Shown here one piece after another: positions 33,901-44,075 of a stretch of DNA of 64,000 nucleotides. Under the pieces are notes generated by a model, which saw only the letters and a program-made list of their open reading frames with translations, was not told where the DNA came from and did no database searches. Position 1 is the first letter of the stretch, and each line of letters starts with the position of its first letter. The position numbers were made by a program, and so were the translations under genes. Source of the DNA: an uncultured Parachlamydiaceae bacterium (lineage in GTDB: Bacteria; Chlamydiota; Chlamydiia; Chlamydiales; Parachlamydiaceae); contig CAVVXH010000010.1 in assembly GCA_963752155.1 (NCBI GenBank), positions 128,001 to 192,000 on the forward strand. Reading direction: 5' to 3'.

Positions 33901-36738
33901 ATGAGGTTTATTTCCTAAGGTATATTCAATTAAAGCTTCAAAATAATATTTGTTTATATCTTTGTTGTCAATTCCATCGATTAATTTATTATCCTGCCGT
34001 TTTGATTCCACTAGCCGACGTAAAGTGATCGCTGCAACTTCAACAGGATGTGAAGGTAATAATTTTATCCATCTTAATAATTCCATCATCTCTTTCGAGT
34101 TAACTGGAAACAAATTTTTTTCTTCCAGTTGTATTACAAGTAAGTTTCCGATATTTTTTTCTGTTTCATTTGTTTGATTTCTAAGTCGATTTTGCCAATT
34201 TTTTACTTCAAGAAGTTGGCTGATGGGGATGGCTGCAGGCAAATTTAAGGGCTTTATTCGAAATTTTTCTAAATTTTGAACGTTTAAAGGGAGGTTAGCC
34301 TTTCGCAAATTTTTAAAATAATTAATTACTGTATTTGCAATTACATTTTGTGTTAACGAGAAATCTTCTATTGAATTTACAGAATAACCCTCTTTCTGAA
34401 ACTGCTCAAGCAAATTTTTACAAAGCATTATGCTATCTTTGATGGTTTTCAATTCATCAGTATTTCTTGGGATCAATTGTGGGTTCTCTTTAATAGATTT
34501 TATAAATATGTTAGTGAACTCATTTACCCATGTGTTTGTTAATTCTTTCGATAATGCTCTGTCTAGTGCTGATTCCCAGTTATTTAGTGGAGTTAATTTT
34601 GCTTCAGATTGCAAGATATCATCGCATACATTTTCGAAATAAATACCTATATCCGTTATTGAATTTCCCTTAAAATTCAAAACATTGATAAATCGAGCAG
34701 GATTTTCTGGAAAACCATAGTTTGTTGCAATTTGTGTAAATCCCTTTGTAAATAATTCCTTATTATTAGTGTGAAATTTTCTAGAGTCGATTCCTTGTAA
34801 GAAACGGTCCATCCCTTCGTAAAACTCCTGGGTATATTCGTCAAGATCATCTTTGAAGAGTGAATCGATGGCAGCCTGAGTTAATAAGTCCTTAAAACGT
34901 GCTTTTAAGATTAATTGTCTCATTATGTTTGGTATATTTTCAATTCCATGCAGAAATATAGGGTGATTGACGAGCGATTCTAAACCATTTTTAAATTGAA
35001 AATCCAAATCAGAACCTATATAGAACTTTAAAAAATCTTGTGTTAATTTTATTTCAGATTGTTTAATTTGTTTATTTTTTAATTGCCGAATGAGTTTTTC
35101 ATCGTTAGGATTAACTGTATCTAATGAGATCTTTACAGAAAACATTTTATCTAAATCGCACGACTTCAATTTTTGTAAAACTTCGCTAATTGTATTATTT
35201 TTGAGCAATAAATGAAATTTTTTGTAAACGTGTTCATTTAATGTTTGATTAGAAAATATCAATATTAATTTTAGGTCCTCTGTTAAGAATGTTTCTGATT
35301 TACTATGATCTGATAAAGCATACTTAATGCTTTCTAAAAATATTTTTACTTCATCATTACTGTCAATACCATAAATTTTAACACTTAGGTTTTGCGATTC
35401 GTCTATTTTATCTGCTATGGACTTTATATTATTAAATGCTTTTTTAATTAAATCACTATCTTTATTGTATTCAGATACTTGTTTCAATTTTACAAGGTTT
35501 TCATGGATTAAAGATGCGAGGTCTGGGTCATATTTGTTTATTTTATTTAATTCCACGATTGCGTTTTTAAAATAATTTTTCATTTGGAGTCTTAAAAGTT
35601 TTTCAGACTCAATCATAGAACTATCAATAGATGTAATATCTGCTCCGAGCTTAATTAACTTTTTAGCGATTTCTAGTGAATTATATGGAGAACCTTGATT
35701 GCAAATTTCACTTAGAGCAGCGTTGGGGTCAACGCCTTTTTTAATAAGAGATTTTGCCACATCCATAAAGTTGTTATTGCAGGCGGCAGATAAAGCATTT
35801 GTAGCAATAGTAGAATCTATGTGACTGAGATGTCCTATTATATTTAATACTAATTGTTCTCTTTCAGCTAGTTCTTTCTTTGTCTCGGCGGATTTTTGAT
35901 TTTTCATTTCTCCATTAATGATATTTTTTAAAATTGGTTGGAGGCATTCTAAATTTGGAGTTTCTCCTAGGGAATTCTTTTGGGACATGTACGCACCATT
36001 TAAAATCAGCTGGAAGGCGATAGCGGATTGATCAGCATCGCAAGCATAATGTAAAGCGGTCATTAGATGATTATCTTGGATTTGTACATCAGCTTTATTT
36101 TCAATAAGGAGAAGGGCAATATCTGGGCGTGATTGACAAGCAATTTGCAAAGGTGTTTTACCATGTCTATCTTGAGTGTTTATATCTACTCCTTTTTGGA
36201 GAAGCTTTAAAAGAACTTCACCTTTGCCCACTCGACAGACGTATAGTATAGGAATGATTCCTAATCCATTGGCCTTATTTAGATCATTTAGTGTCATCAT
36301 ATCGATGAGTTTATGAGTAACTTCTTCCTGATCATGTGTAATGGCTAAAATCAAAAGATCGGAAGTTGCGGGAAATCCATTATTGAGAAGTGCCAGGGCC
36401 AGTTTCCCATCGCCATTCATAAGATCCTTCTCTAATTTTTGAAGTAATTCGGGATTGACTTGTCCTTGTCCTAACCACCAGGAGGAAATAGAAAAATTAC
36501 CCTGGAGAAAAAATAGGTCATTTTTATCTACAAATAATAAAATTTTTTGAATTAGTTTATCATAAGAATGGAAATTGCTCTTTAAATCAATTATGCTACG
36601 GAGTGCAGTTTCTTGGGGCCTATCTTGCGCACATAATAAATTAATAACTAATTCAATGATTTTATCATCTTCTTTAGTCTCATTAGTGGTGTAATTAGAT
36701 TTATTGACATAATCAGAAGGTTCTATTCGATTAAACAT
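30934..36738 (-). CDS. Giant ankyrin-repeat protein (1934 aa), candidate secreted effector
   Basis: ANK motifs (GKTPLQIAC, MTALHYAC, GVDINTQD) in the N-terminal ~370 aa; long AT-rich helical remainder with one hydrophobic hairpin. Confidence 0.85.
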   Translation of the reverse strand: MFNRIEPSDYVNKSNYTTNETKEDDKIIELVINLLCAQDRPQETALRSIIDLKSNFHSYDKLIQKILLFVDKNDLFFLQGNFSISSWWLGQGQVNPELLQKLEKDLMNGDGKLALALLNNGFPATSDLLILAITHDQEEVTHKLIDMMTLNDLNKANGLGIIPILYVCRVGKGEVLLKLLQKGVDINTQDRHGKTPLQIACQSRPDIALLLIENKADVQIQDNHLMTALHYACDADQSAIAFQLILNGAYMSQKNSLGETPNLECLQPILKNIINGEMKNQKSAETKKELAEREQLVLNIIGHLSHIDSTIATNALSAACNNNFMDVAKSLIKKGVDPNAALSEICNQGSPYNSLEIAKKLIKLGADITSIDSSMIESEKLLRLQMKNYFKNAIVELNKINKYDPDLASLIHENLVKLKQVSEYNKDSDLIKKAFNNIKSIADKIDESQNLSVKIYGIDSNDEVKIFLESIKYALSDHSKSETFLTEDLKLILIFSNQTLNEHVYKKFHLLLKNNTISEVLQKLKSCDLDKMFSVKISLDTVNPNDEKLIRQLKNKQIKQSEIKLTQDFLKFYIGSDLDFQFKNGLESLVNHPIFLHGIENIPNIMRQLILKARFKDLLTQAAIDSLFKDDLDEYTQEFYEGMDRFLQGIDSRKFHTNNKELFTKGFTQIATNYGFPENPARFINVLNFKGNSITDIGIYFENVCDDILQSEAKLTPLNNWESALDRALSKELTNTWVNEFTNIFIKSIKENPQLIPRNTDELKTIKDSIMLCKNLLEQFQKEGYSVNSIEDFSLTQNVIANTVINYFKNLRKANLPLNVQNLEKFRIKPLNLPAAIPISQLLEVKNWQNRLRNQTNETEKNIGNLLVIQLEEKNLFPVNSKEMMELLRWIKLLPSHPVEVAAITLRRLVESKRQDNKLIDGIDNKDINKYYFEALIEYTLGNKPHEIQEATISLLNNINNTEIGLDINGKKYLVLLAQEISTASFTDGRPLDQFRVIQKFPIILQNLELSRVEDLNGCNLSELMLKKLLDAEKINFKEINLKELSNNLIENPRKSLLNISRSILSEVLGRSLDVETNKSIEAIIDSLDKSGVLNEIVKQISTLLKTFELGGIELNIEVSTKQLIDSLLSEISKIKKGEDSIIKPFFELAADEIKKVTDKVSEGKQNILDSLNPDKDPKLLLLFYPLLMLTLGSNIPTILVSSGALYAFGIFTRIYLENTPFVRQLGKYTINKLETPVMNTQLSNAFTKKADSIKELIEFINRIENLNLKQRISVIKNEIERIEKIVPQTLEEATRKTFLDKLLIESTNLKEIKNNLEIQLNIFTNLKKVTPEISHLIVKLGNRIFEKGSIDIGFSAYQQDKSDQSALNFMCRIAESLLKNVNRISPNILETPLNSLRQISKMTLSPKENKEDDENYLLSRQNSDDHALHKPTSNELALLNRVKSMPRPFLEVLNDLLAIHSMSNEEIDAISQSFTIGVNLINKVYTPEIIAQACKLYSIAFINQGEKIMIPKVHDLSPFLFDSIVLNLITMENFPKITNKGKEPIETSLKSNEEAKVSLLLLEVLRHLNHKNFGKTEMLLDDNGFNALKEMISTLFDWFKTNPNDELKHVSLAQLLSVLKQSETSDVKALNKADVNNLREKLILILSNLNNSINLQKVINRTTPDPIKSLNDFTIMIAGELLQGMRLKDPVISMANKSINGLQKHSAIKKIQEFGDTCLNLDSVNFNLNISIEGFIKKMKDDLNYLIANLKEGKIPSYEESKEQGILAPLLVNFTNHLAAAQQQRDLRSLRESYAPDFTFQLKNLLDQVSTNISTQKIYESIVSSLQSVGGIKRIQILEEKSFLTEKEQDELCLLKARSVSVSAGLIFNLIVESYNIKFPEVVSYLGDLGMNPSKQVDKRVALNLLINFVNSLLENEQTTQRLVSEVIKFLKA

Positions 36739-36893
36739 AGTTTTCCCCCGTAAAAAATTAAATAGAGGACTGTCTATATTTATAATAACATTTCTATTTT
36801 ATTATTCAATAGATAATTAATAAACTAATTAAATAGTTTTAATTAATTAAATATATGGTTGCGATTAGAGAATCGGAGCACCAGTGCAAAACT

Positions 36894-36961
36894 TAACAAG
36901 GACGACAAGGACAAGGCGATAAGCCAAAGATAAAAAGACATCGTCCTTGTCGTCCTTGTTA
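36894..36961. repeat. CAAGGAC-family palindrome
   Basis: 19-bp perfect arms TAACAAGGACGACAAGGAC / GTCCTTGTCGTCCTTGTTA. Confidence 0.75.
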
Positions 36962-37257
36962 TCCTAGATATCCTTCCTAGAACACGTTTAGGGTGTGCTG
37001 ATACCTTGTTGATATATTCTGAGCCTGCGTTATTCACGTATAATTATGGAAAGGATGTAGACCTGTTTTTTCTCCAAAAAATGTTGATAATATACTACTT
37101 TTTTTTTAAAACCTCTAGAATATGCTTAGACGAAAGAAAATATTTGCGAAAAAATCGAAATGAGTATATGAACTTAAATTTGGAAACCTAATTCATTGAA
37201 AAGGTAAACGAAAACTTCTGACGAGTCAGATGAAAAAAACACTCAACAAGAGGAAAA

Positions 37258-38532
37258 ATGAAAAGAAATATCAAAATGAGCTTTCTGGGAATAATGAGCG
37301 CATTATTATTGGGAACTTCTGCGGTTTCATATAGCAACTGTGAAGAGCCTTTCGACACATGTCAAGAGCCTGTTGGCTTTTGTGATGAGCCTTTTAAGTG
37401 TGGGACAGCTGACATTAGTGTTTATGGCTTTGTAAAGTTTGAAACATTAACAGTTAATCGGATTACAGGAAATTATCCTGAAATTTTCCCCCAAATGGTT
37501 CCTTTGTCCACTGATCGTGCAGACGATCATTATCAGACTATCATTGATGCACGCAGCTCAAGAATAGGTGTCAAGGCTATTGATCAATTTTGGGATATCA
37601 AAATCAAAGGCGTTATTGAAGGGGATTTTTTTGATGCTCAAGGAGATGCTCTAGTTTTTAACACTCGTCTTTTTAGAGTTCGTTTAGCTTATGCTAGAGC
37701 TGATATGCCAAGCGGTTTTTTCTTCTTAGCGGGACAATATTGGATCTTGCCTATGGGAATTCCAGATATTCCTGCGCCTCTCTATGTCAATACACAACTT
37801 GCTCCTGTTGGTGTAGCGTATGCACGCCAACCTCAATTACGTGTTGGTTACAAGAGACAAGTTAGAGATTGGGGTGAATTTCAGATTGAAGCTGATATGG
37901 AAAAACATGCCTTTAATGACCTAGGCTTTATTACTCCTGAGACAGGTGAGCCTGCACAGGGTGGTGAGCAGCCATGGCCATTATTTGCTGGAAAAATCAG
38001 CTGGCTAGGTGAAAACTTTAAATGTAGCTTTGCGGGAGCTGGTTCTCAAACAAGATATATTTTTAATGATTTGGGATCAATTCGTAGACGAAATATTTGG
38101 GCTGTTTGCGGTATCGCAAGCTACAAATGGAATCGATTAACTTTATGGGGTACAGTCAATCATAACGTTGGTTTGAATACAATGTTTACAGGGTACTTTA
38201 ATAATATGGCTTTCGATAGTCTCACAAACCGTCTTTTTGCTATCAAATCAACAGGTGGTTGTGGTGCTATTCGCTTTGATTGGATCCCTGATGTTCTCAT
38301 TTCAGATGTGATGTGTGGAACACAGCAAGGGAAGCATATCACTGGTACACCCTTTTCAGGAGTTGCTCTAAAACGTTTGACAGATGTGCGAGCCAATATT
38401 TTTTATAAGTTCTGGTGTAACTGGCAAGCAGCCATTGAATACCAAGCTATTTATGTTAAAGCGTTCAATAAGACTAAAGGACATGCTAATGCTGTTCATG
38501 CAGCGATTTGGTATAACTTTGGAACACCTTAA
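37258..38532 (+). CDS. Outer-membrane beta-barrel porin, DcaP-like
   Basis: Signal peptide, Cys-rich N-terminus, YGFVK, DARSSRIG, IEGDF, FRVRLAY, LAGQYW, RQPQLR, terminal WYNF. Confidence 0.75.
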   Translation: MKRNIKMSFLGIMSALLLGTSAVSYSNCEEPFDTCQEPVGFCDEPFKCGTADISVYGFVKFETLTVNRITGNYPEIFPQMVPLSTDRADDHYQTIIDARSSRIGVKAIDQFWDIKIKGVIEGDFFDAQGDALVFNTRLFRVRLAYARADMPSGFFFLAGQYWILPMGIPDIPAPLYVNTQLAPVGVAYARQPQLRVGYKRQVRDWGEFQIEADMEKHAFNDLGFITPETGEPAQGGEQPWPLFAGKISWLGENFKCSFAGAGSQTRYIFNDLGSIRRRNIWAVCGIASYKWNRLTLWGTVNHNVGLNTMFTGYFNNMAFDSLTNRLFAIKSTGGCGAIRFDWIPDVLISDVMCGTQQGKHITGTPFSGVALKRLTDVRANIFYKFWCNWQAAIEYQAIYVKAFNKTKGHANAVHAAIWYNFGTP

Positions 38533-38618
38533 GGATCTGGCAATATAGTTTGTACAGCAAACAGTCGCGAATGCGGTCAGAGGTTACGTGCTTTTGGCTG
38601 TATTCGCGATTTTTTTTG

Positions 38619-38678
38619 TAGCAAGGACAATATAGTAGTCATTTTGACTAGTCTTGTCTTTTTATCTTTGTCCTTCCT
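38619..38678. repeat. Degenerate CAAGGAC-family element
   Basis: AGCAAGGACA...TGTCTTTTTATCTTTGTCCTT; includes the reverse complement of the spacer CAAAGATAAAAAGACA of the 36894 element. Confidence 0.5.
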
Positions 38679-38679
38679 A

Positions 38680-39059
38680 AATAACAAAATCGACTGATGC
38701 GGAATACTAAGAAAAATTAAACGCAAAGCGAGACAGTTGCCTACGGCGCCCCTTATTGGGAAATAACAAATTTTTAAAGCGCCTTGCCATTGGTGCCTGA
38801 CCTGATATTCTGACATTTGCCCTTTAGGATGCAATGTCATCGCCTCGGCAAATGTCAGAATATCAGGTCAGGCACCAATGGCAAGGCGCAATTTGTTATT
38901 TAGGAGGCACGAAGGCACAAAGAGATCTTACGCGAAAAATTTTCATTTAAAAAAAAGAGGTGAATTTTATTTTACATGTAAGATCTCTTTGTGCTCTTTG
39001 CGCCTTCGTGTCTTTGCGTTTAATTTTTTCCTATACTTTATATCTTAATATCGCAGCAT
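38680..39059. repeat. Composite palindromic element, family D (copy 2), with inverted spacer and nested insertion
   Basis: Same outer ends as 27790..27997; left arm interrupted at ~38729-38904. Confidence 0.85.
38761..38901. repeat. Nested palindrome with 43-bp perfect arms
   Basis: GCGCCTTGCCATTGGTGCCTGACCTGATATTCTGACATTTGCC at 38779-38821, its reverse complement at 38847-38889, and outer AAATAACAAATT ends. Confidence 0.85.
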
Positions 39060-39118
39060 CTTTCTCACCTACCAAACAACAACTGTCTTGCTTAGCGTTT
39101 TGTCTTTGCTGCTGTCCT

Positions 39119-39478
39119 TCAAGACCCAGTGAAAACGAAAGTGACCCCATTTGTCATCTTTTCCACAGGAGGATGCAGTTTGTGAACTTTCACTGTAATC
39201 TGAGCTCTGCCGGATACAATTTTTCCAAATTCTTTATGCAAAGTATAAGCAAGAAATTCAATTAGCTTGAATTCCATGCTTTTAGCTACTTGACAAGCAC
39301 TTGCAATAAATACAGAATAATCGATGGTGTGCGAGAGATCATCCGTTACGCAAGCTTGTGGCATTCCAGGAAAATTCAGATCTACTGAAATATCTAAAGG
39401 TTGAACAGCAATCCTTTCACCTTGCTCACAACCTAGATGGGCCCAAATGCGAAACGGATGTATATGTAACGTGTACAT
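39119..39478 (-). CDS. folB: Dihydroneopterin aldolase
   Basis: HLGCEQGER..QPLDISV, DDLSHTIDY, FKLIEFLA, VHKLHPP; ATG at 39478 just after the infB stop. Confidence 0.88.
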   Translation of the reverse strand: MYTLHIHPFRIWAHLGCEQGERIAVQPLDISVDLNFPGMPQACVTDDLSHTIDYSVFIASACQVAKSMEFKLIEFLAYTLHKEFGKIVSGRAQITVKVHKLHPPVEKMTNGVTFVFTGS

Positions 39479-39479
39479 T

Positions 39480-42400
39480 TTATAACTCTTGGATAATATA
39501 AGAGATCTCATAGCTTTCAAGAATATCCCCTTCTTGATAGATACTGCAGCCATTTAGAACGATTCCACATTCAAGACCTTTAGCCACCTCTCGTACATCT
39601 TCTTTGACCCGCTTAAGCGAAGTAATTGTTCCTTTCCAAAGCATGTCTTTACCACGGCGTAGACGCATATGATGGCTACGATGGATTGTCCCTTCGATGA
39701 CTTGGCAACCTGCGATAGTTCCATAGTGAGAAGATTTAAAGATGGCTTTGACTTCTGCCTTGCCTTTTTCCGTTTCTACGGCAATCTTATCAAGCAATCC
39801 AGCTAAAATAGACTTAACATCATCAATCGCATGGTAAATGATATCATGCAGACGGACTTGGATCCCTAGTTCTTTGACTAAACTATCTGCATGGCTTTCA
39901 ACTTGCGTGTGGAAGCCTACAATAATCGCTTTTGAAGCTGCAGCTAATTGTACATCTGATTCGGAAATTTCACCGACTCCCGTGAAAATAATATTCAGTT
40001 CGGCTTTTGTGGACGTGATCTTTAGTAAGGCAGCTTTTAAAGCTTCCAAGGAACCCTGCACATCAGCCCGTAAAACGATGTTAAGTACTTTCTTGGTCGT
40101 TCCATCAGAGGCTTGTTGGAAAAGATTTTCTAATGTGAGTTTTTTCTTTAATAAAAGACTTGTCTGACGTATGCCTTGTTTCCTTCCTTCGGCAATTTCG
40201 CGAGCTTCTTTCTCATTTTTAACAGCAATAAATTCTTCTCCAGCTGCTGGTAAGCCCGAAAGGCCAGTGATCTCTACAGGAGTGGATGGGCCAGCTTCTT
40301 TCAGATCTTGGCCAAATTCATTTTGCATTGTTTTAACGCGTCCAAATGTTTGACCAAAAACTAAGGCATCGCCTAAACGTAAGGTTCCATTTTGAACTAA
40401 AACTGTCGCTACAGATCCCATTCCTTTATGCATTTCTGACTCTAAAACTGTTCCACGAGCACGATTGAGGGGAGAAGCTTTGAGTTCAAGCACTTCTGTT
40501 TGCAGAGCTAACATCTCTAGTAGACTTTGAACACCTTCTCCAGTGGCTGCAGAACAGTTGATGGTGATTGTTTGGCCCCCCCATGATTCAGGTAAGAGGT
40601 CGTGTTCAGATAACTGACGATAAACATTTTCTGCATTAAAATTAGGCTTATCGCATTTATTAAGTGCTACGACGATAGTGACATTCGCTGCTTTAGCATG
40701 CTGAATAGCTTCAATCGTTTGTTGTTGGATCCCTTCATCACCAGCAACAACTAAGACGACGATGTCAGTGACATCGGCTCCACGTGCACGCATGGACGAG
40801 AATGCTTCGTGGCCAGGGGTGTCGAGTATCGCAATATCACCCACAGAAGTATGGCATTTGAATGCCCCAATATGCTGTGTGATGGCACCGGCTTCTCCGG
40901 AAGCACGGTTACTTTTGCGAATATAGTCGATCAGACTCGTTTTACCATGGTCAACGTGTCCCATAAATGCCACAATAGGGGGACGTGTGATTAATGTATC
41001 GGAAGCAGCTTCGCTAATTTCCTCTTTAATCGTTTTGTCAGTAACCCGTAGTCGTTCTTCTTCAGCTGTATCAATAGTAATTTCACAACCAAACTCTTGA
41101 CCAAGCAGACCGATAGTTGTCTCGTCATCTAGAAAATCATTAAGCGTAGCAACTACACCTTGCATAAATAATTTAGAAATCAATTGTGAAGCTTTAACCT
41201 TCATTTCAGAAGCTAAATCTTTGATGGCGATAGGTATGCGTACCTTTAACGATGTTGGTCTAACGGCTATATCTTCATGATGTTGATGTTGAGGCTTGAG
41301 CTTCTTTTTGCGCCATCCCTTGCGATCTTCCTCACCATAACGCAATCCTTGTCGATCACGAGCATCAAATGTTCGTTGTGGTTCAGCTTTGTTGCGGGAG
41401 GGGCGCACATCGCGAAATTCTTTAGTTTTGCTAAATTTTGAATCTTTTTTAGTTCCTTCTGCGGAAAGACTCTCAACTGATTTTGCCGGAGCTCTAGCTT
41501 TTTCTTCATCGCGAGCATTCGTCCTTTTCTCGATCTGCTTCTCAGAAGGTGCTTCTGTCAGGTGTTCTTCTGAGCGCGCTTTTACTTGATCGTCTCGATG
41601 GGGACGCTGCGGCGAACGTTGGGGTAGAAGGTCTTTAACATGTCGACCGGTAGGGCCCAGTTTTTCATAGGATTCTGGTGGTTTACGCCGAGTCTCTTCT
41701 AAAGCGGAGGTTTTACGATACCCCTCTTTTGGTTGCCTCCATAGAGTAGGCTCTGAGGCAGAATCTTCGGTTTTTGCCCGTGGTTTTTGGGATGTATGAG
41801 ATTCAGATGTTCGATGTTGTGTGGGTTTGTCAGAGGCACGATGTTCAGTTGTTTTGGATTCTGGCTTTTTAAATTCAGGTGTGGATTTTTGAGCAGCCTG
41901 CCTTGGAGAAGAGGTGTGAGGTTGCGCATGAGCTTTCGGGCGGGCTGTTTGATCCTCCTCAGCTTCACTTAATTTCGTTGGTTCGTCATCCTTTACAATT
42001 TTAGATGCGGCAGGCAATGGAGGCATCGTTGTTTCTGCCGGTTGGTGAGGCTTGAGTAAAGGTTCGACATGTCTCTTTGCATACTCGATCTCTTTGTGTT
42101 TTACCGCAGATTCTTCTTTATGCTTTTTCGGATGTTCCATATCTTTGTTGCCGGATCTTTCTAATTTTGCCTCTTCTTGTTTGAAAGGAGAAGTTGCAGA
42201 AGGAGATTCTTTAAGTTCATCACCAAAGATCTCCTTACGTAATTCTTCGCTTGTCTTTTGACGGACAAGTCCTTCATCTTTGAGATTTGCTTTAGTTAGA
42301 GATTCACGAGGCTGAACTTCGGCGTCTGGGATTTCTGGCAATGTAGGTTTACCACTGGATTCAGATGGCAGAGGTGCAATAAATGCCGATTTTGTTCTGG

Positions 42401-42602
42401 CTCTAATGCGAGGCCCTTCACTGGGAGCTTCTTCTTTGGCTGGAGGAGGAGCTATTTTTTGTTTAACTTCTATCGGAGGCGTCTCATTAGCCGGTATTTC
42501 AACTTCATCTTTATTAGATGCCAGTTTACCTTTTAATCCGCCTAGATTTACAGCCTGTGCGATTTGAGTATTTTTGATGTTAAGTTTTAAATTTTTGGCC
42601 AA
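39480..42602 (-). CDS. infB: Translation initiation factor IF-2
   Basis: [39 protein letters not shown]. Confidence 0.98.
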   Translation of the reverse strand: MAKNLKLNIKNTQIAQAVNLGGLKGKLASNKDEVEIPANETPPIEVKQKIAPPPAKEEAPSEGPRIRARTKSAFIAPLPSESSGKPTLPEIPDAEVQPRESLTKANLKDEGLVRQKTSEELRKEIFGDELKESPSATSPFKQEEAKLERSGNKDMEHPKKHKEESAVKHKEIEYAKRHVEPLLKPHQPAETTMPPLPAASKIVKDDEPTKLSEAEEDQTARPKAHAQPHTSSPRQAAQKSTPEFKKPESKTTEHRASDKPTQHRTSESHTSQKPRAKTEDSASEPTLWRQPKEGYRKTSALEETRRKPPESYEKLGPTGRHVKDLLPQRSPQRPHRDDQVKARSEEHLTEAPSEKQIEKRTNARDEEKARAPAKSVESLSAEGTKKDSKFSKTKEFRDVRPSRNKAEPQRTFDARDRQGLRYGEEDRKGWRKKKLKPQHQHHEDIAVRPTSLKVRIPIAIKDLASEMKVKASQLISKLFMQGVVATLNDFLDDETTIGLLGQEFGCEITIDTAEEERLRVTDKTIKEEISEAASDTLITRPPIVAFMGHVDHGKTSLIDYIRKSNRASGEAGAITQHIGAFKCHTSVGDIAILDTPGHEAFSSMRARGADVTDIVVLVVAGDEGIQQQTIEAIQHAKAANVTIVVALNKCDKPNFNAENVYRQLSEHDLLPESWGGQTITINCSAATGEGVQSLLEMLALQTEVLELKASPLNRARGTVLESEMHKGMGSVATVLVQNGTLRLGDALVFGQTFGRVKTMQNEFGQDLKEAGPSTPVEITGLSGLPAAGEEFIAVKNEKEAREIAEGRKQGIRQTSLLLKKKLTLENLFQQASDGTTKKVLNIVLRADVQGSLEALKAALLKITSTKAELNIIFTGVGEISESDVQLAAASKAIIVGFHTQVESHADSLVKELGIQVRLHDIIYHAIDDVKSILAGLLDKIAVETEKGKAEVKAIFKSSHYGTIAGCQVIEGTIHRSHHMRLRRGKDMLWKGTITSLKRVKEDVREVAKGLECGIVLNGCSIYQEGDILESYEISYIIQEL

Positions 42603-42605
42603 AGC

Positions 42606-43881
42606 TCAAGTCCTCTGTTTTCTAATTTTTTCTAAAATTTCATCGGCTTTTTCTAAGCTGATTCCTGGAATTGCTGCAAGTTGTTCGGGGGTTGCCAGGA
42701 GGAGTGCTCGAGCCGTATTATATTTTTCAGCAACTAAATGCTCAAAAATCAATTTGTTTACCCCTTCAATACTAGTAAGGGGCTCATCGAGGGTCGGATC
42801 ATCTGATTGAGTGAGTTCGAGTCGTTGTAAAGCCTTTGTGCGATTATAATCGCTTATTCGCTGAACATCTAAATCATATCCAAGTAATTCACTATTGAGT
42901 CTTGCATTCAGACCCTTTTTGCCAACGACGGCTGCAAAATCTTCATCATCTACAACAATAGCAATAGATTTGTCTTCCTCATTCACGTTAATTTTTCGAA
43001 TTTCAATAGGGTTTAGGGCATTTTGTAAAAGCTCTACAGGGTCATGCGAGGAAGGGATGATATCAACTTTTTCGTTATTGAGTTCACGCACAATATTCTT
43101 CACACGATTGCCACGAATACCCACACAGGCTCCTACAGGGTCAACTTTAGGGTCGGCAGAGCGCACGGTTAACTTAGTTCGATAGCCGGCTTCGCGAACA
43201 ATTTTGTCAATGCTGACTGTACCATCATTGACTTCCGGAACTTCTTGGACAAGAAGTTGTCGTACAAAATCGGGATGGCTACGGGATAGCATGACTTCGG
43301 CACCTCCATTTTCAGTGTCCACAACTTCTAGAAGAAGTGCAAGAACTTTGTCACCTATTTGATATCTTTCTGTTTTTGGGTAATGTCTTGTTGGCATAAC
43401 AGCCTCAACTTTGCCCAGGTCGATAATTAAGTTATTGCCTTTGACAAAACGTTTTACCGTGCCGGAGATAAGTTCTCCTACTCGATGACGATATTCTTCA
43501 TGGATCACATCTCTTTCGGCATGCCGCAATTTTTGTGTGATCATTTGGCGTGCTTTTTGTGCAGCAATTCTTCCAAAATCTTTTGGGGTTGTTACGACAT
43601 CGATGAATTGACCTATTTCGGAATCAGGATCAATTAAAAGAGCTTGTTCGAGAGAAATTTCTTGGGTAGGGAACTTCTACCTCATCGACAATTTCCTTTT
43701 CAGAATAAACTTGAATTTTTCCTGTTTTAGGATGGATGTGAACAGTCACGTTTGATGAACCGCTGATGCTTTTGCGAGCTGCTGCTTTAAGAGATTCCTC
43801 AATAGCTGCGATGACAAGTTCACGTTTAATGCCTTTTTCCTTTTCCAAGTATTCGAAAATTGCTATGAGATCTTTGTTCAT
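42606..43881 (-). CDS. nusA: Transcription termination factor NusA (one frameshift near 43640)
   Basis: MNKDLIAIFEYLEKEKGI in one frame; S1/KH domains (REAGYRTK, DPVGACVG) in the next. Confidence 0.93.
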
Positions 43882-44075
43882 TTGTATCAACCTCTGTAGA
43901 AAATTAAACCATGTTATATTGCGCATGACTGTAAAACAATGACTTGCACGATTAGAAGCGTGGAAAGTGGTGAATATCGTCTTACAAACCTTAAACAAAA
44001 AGGTCAATGAGAGACTCTTGACCTTTACAAAAGTGCCTAAAAAGCGCCTGCGAGGCGCCTTAAAAGGTGGCCGAA

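Noticed and set aside
41250..42500. Long low-complexity N-terminal region of IF-2
   Set aside because: Variable, extended IF-2 N-termini are common.
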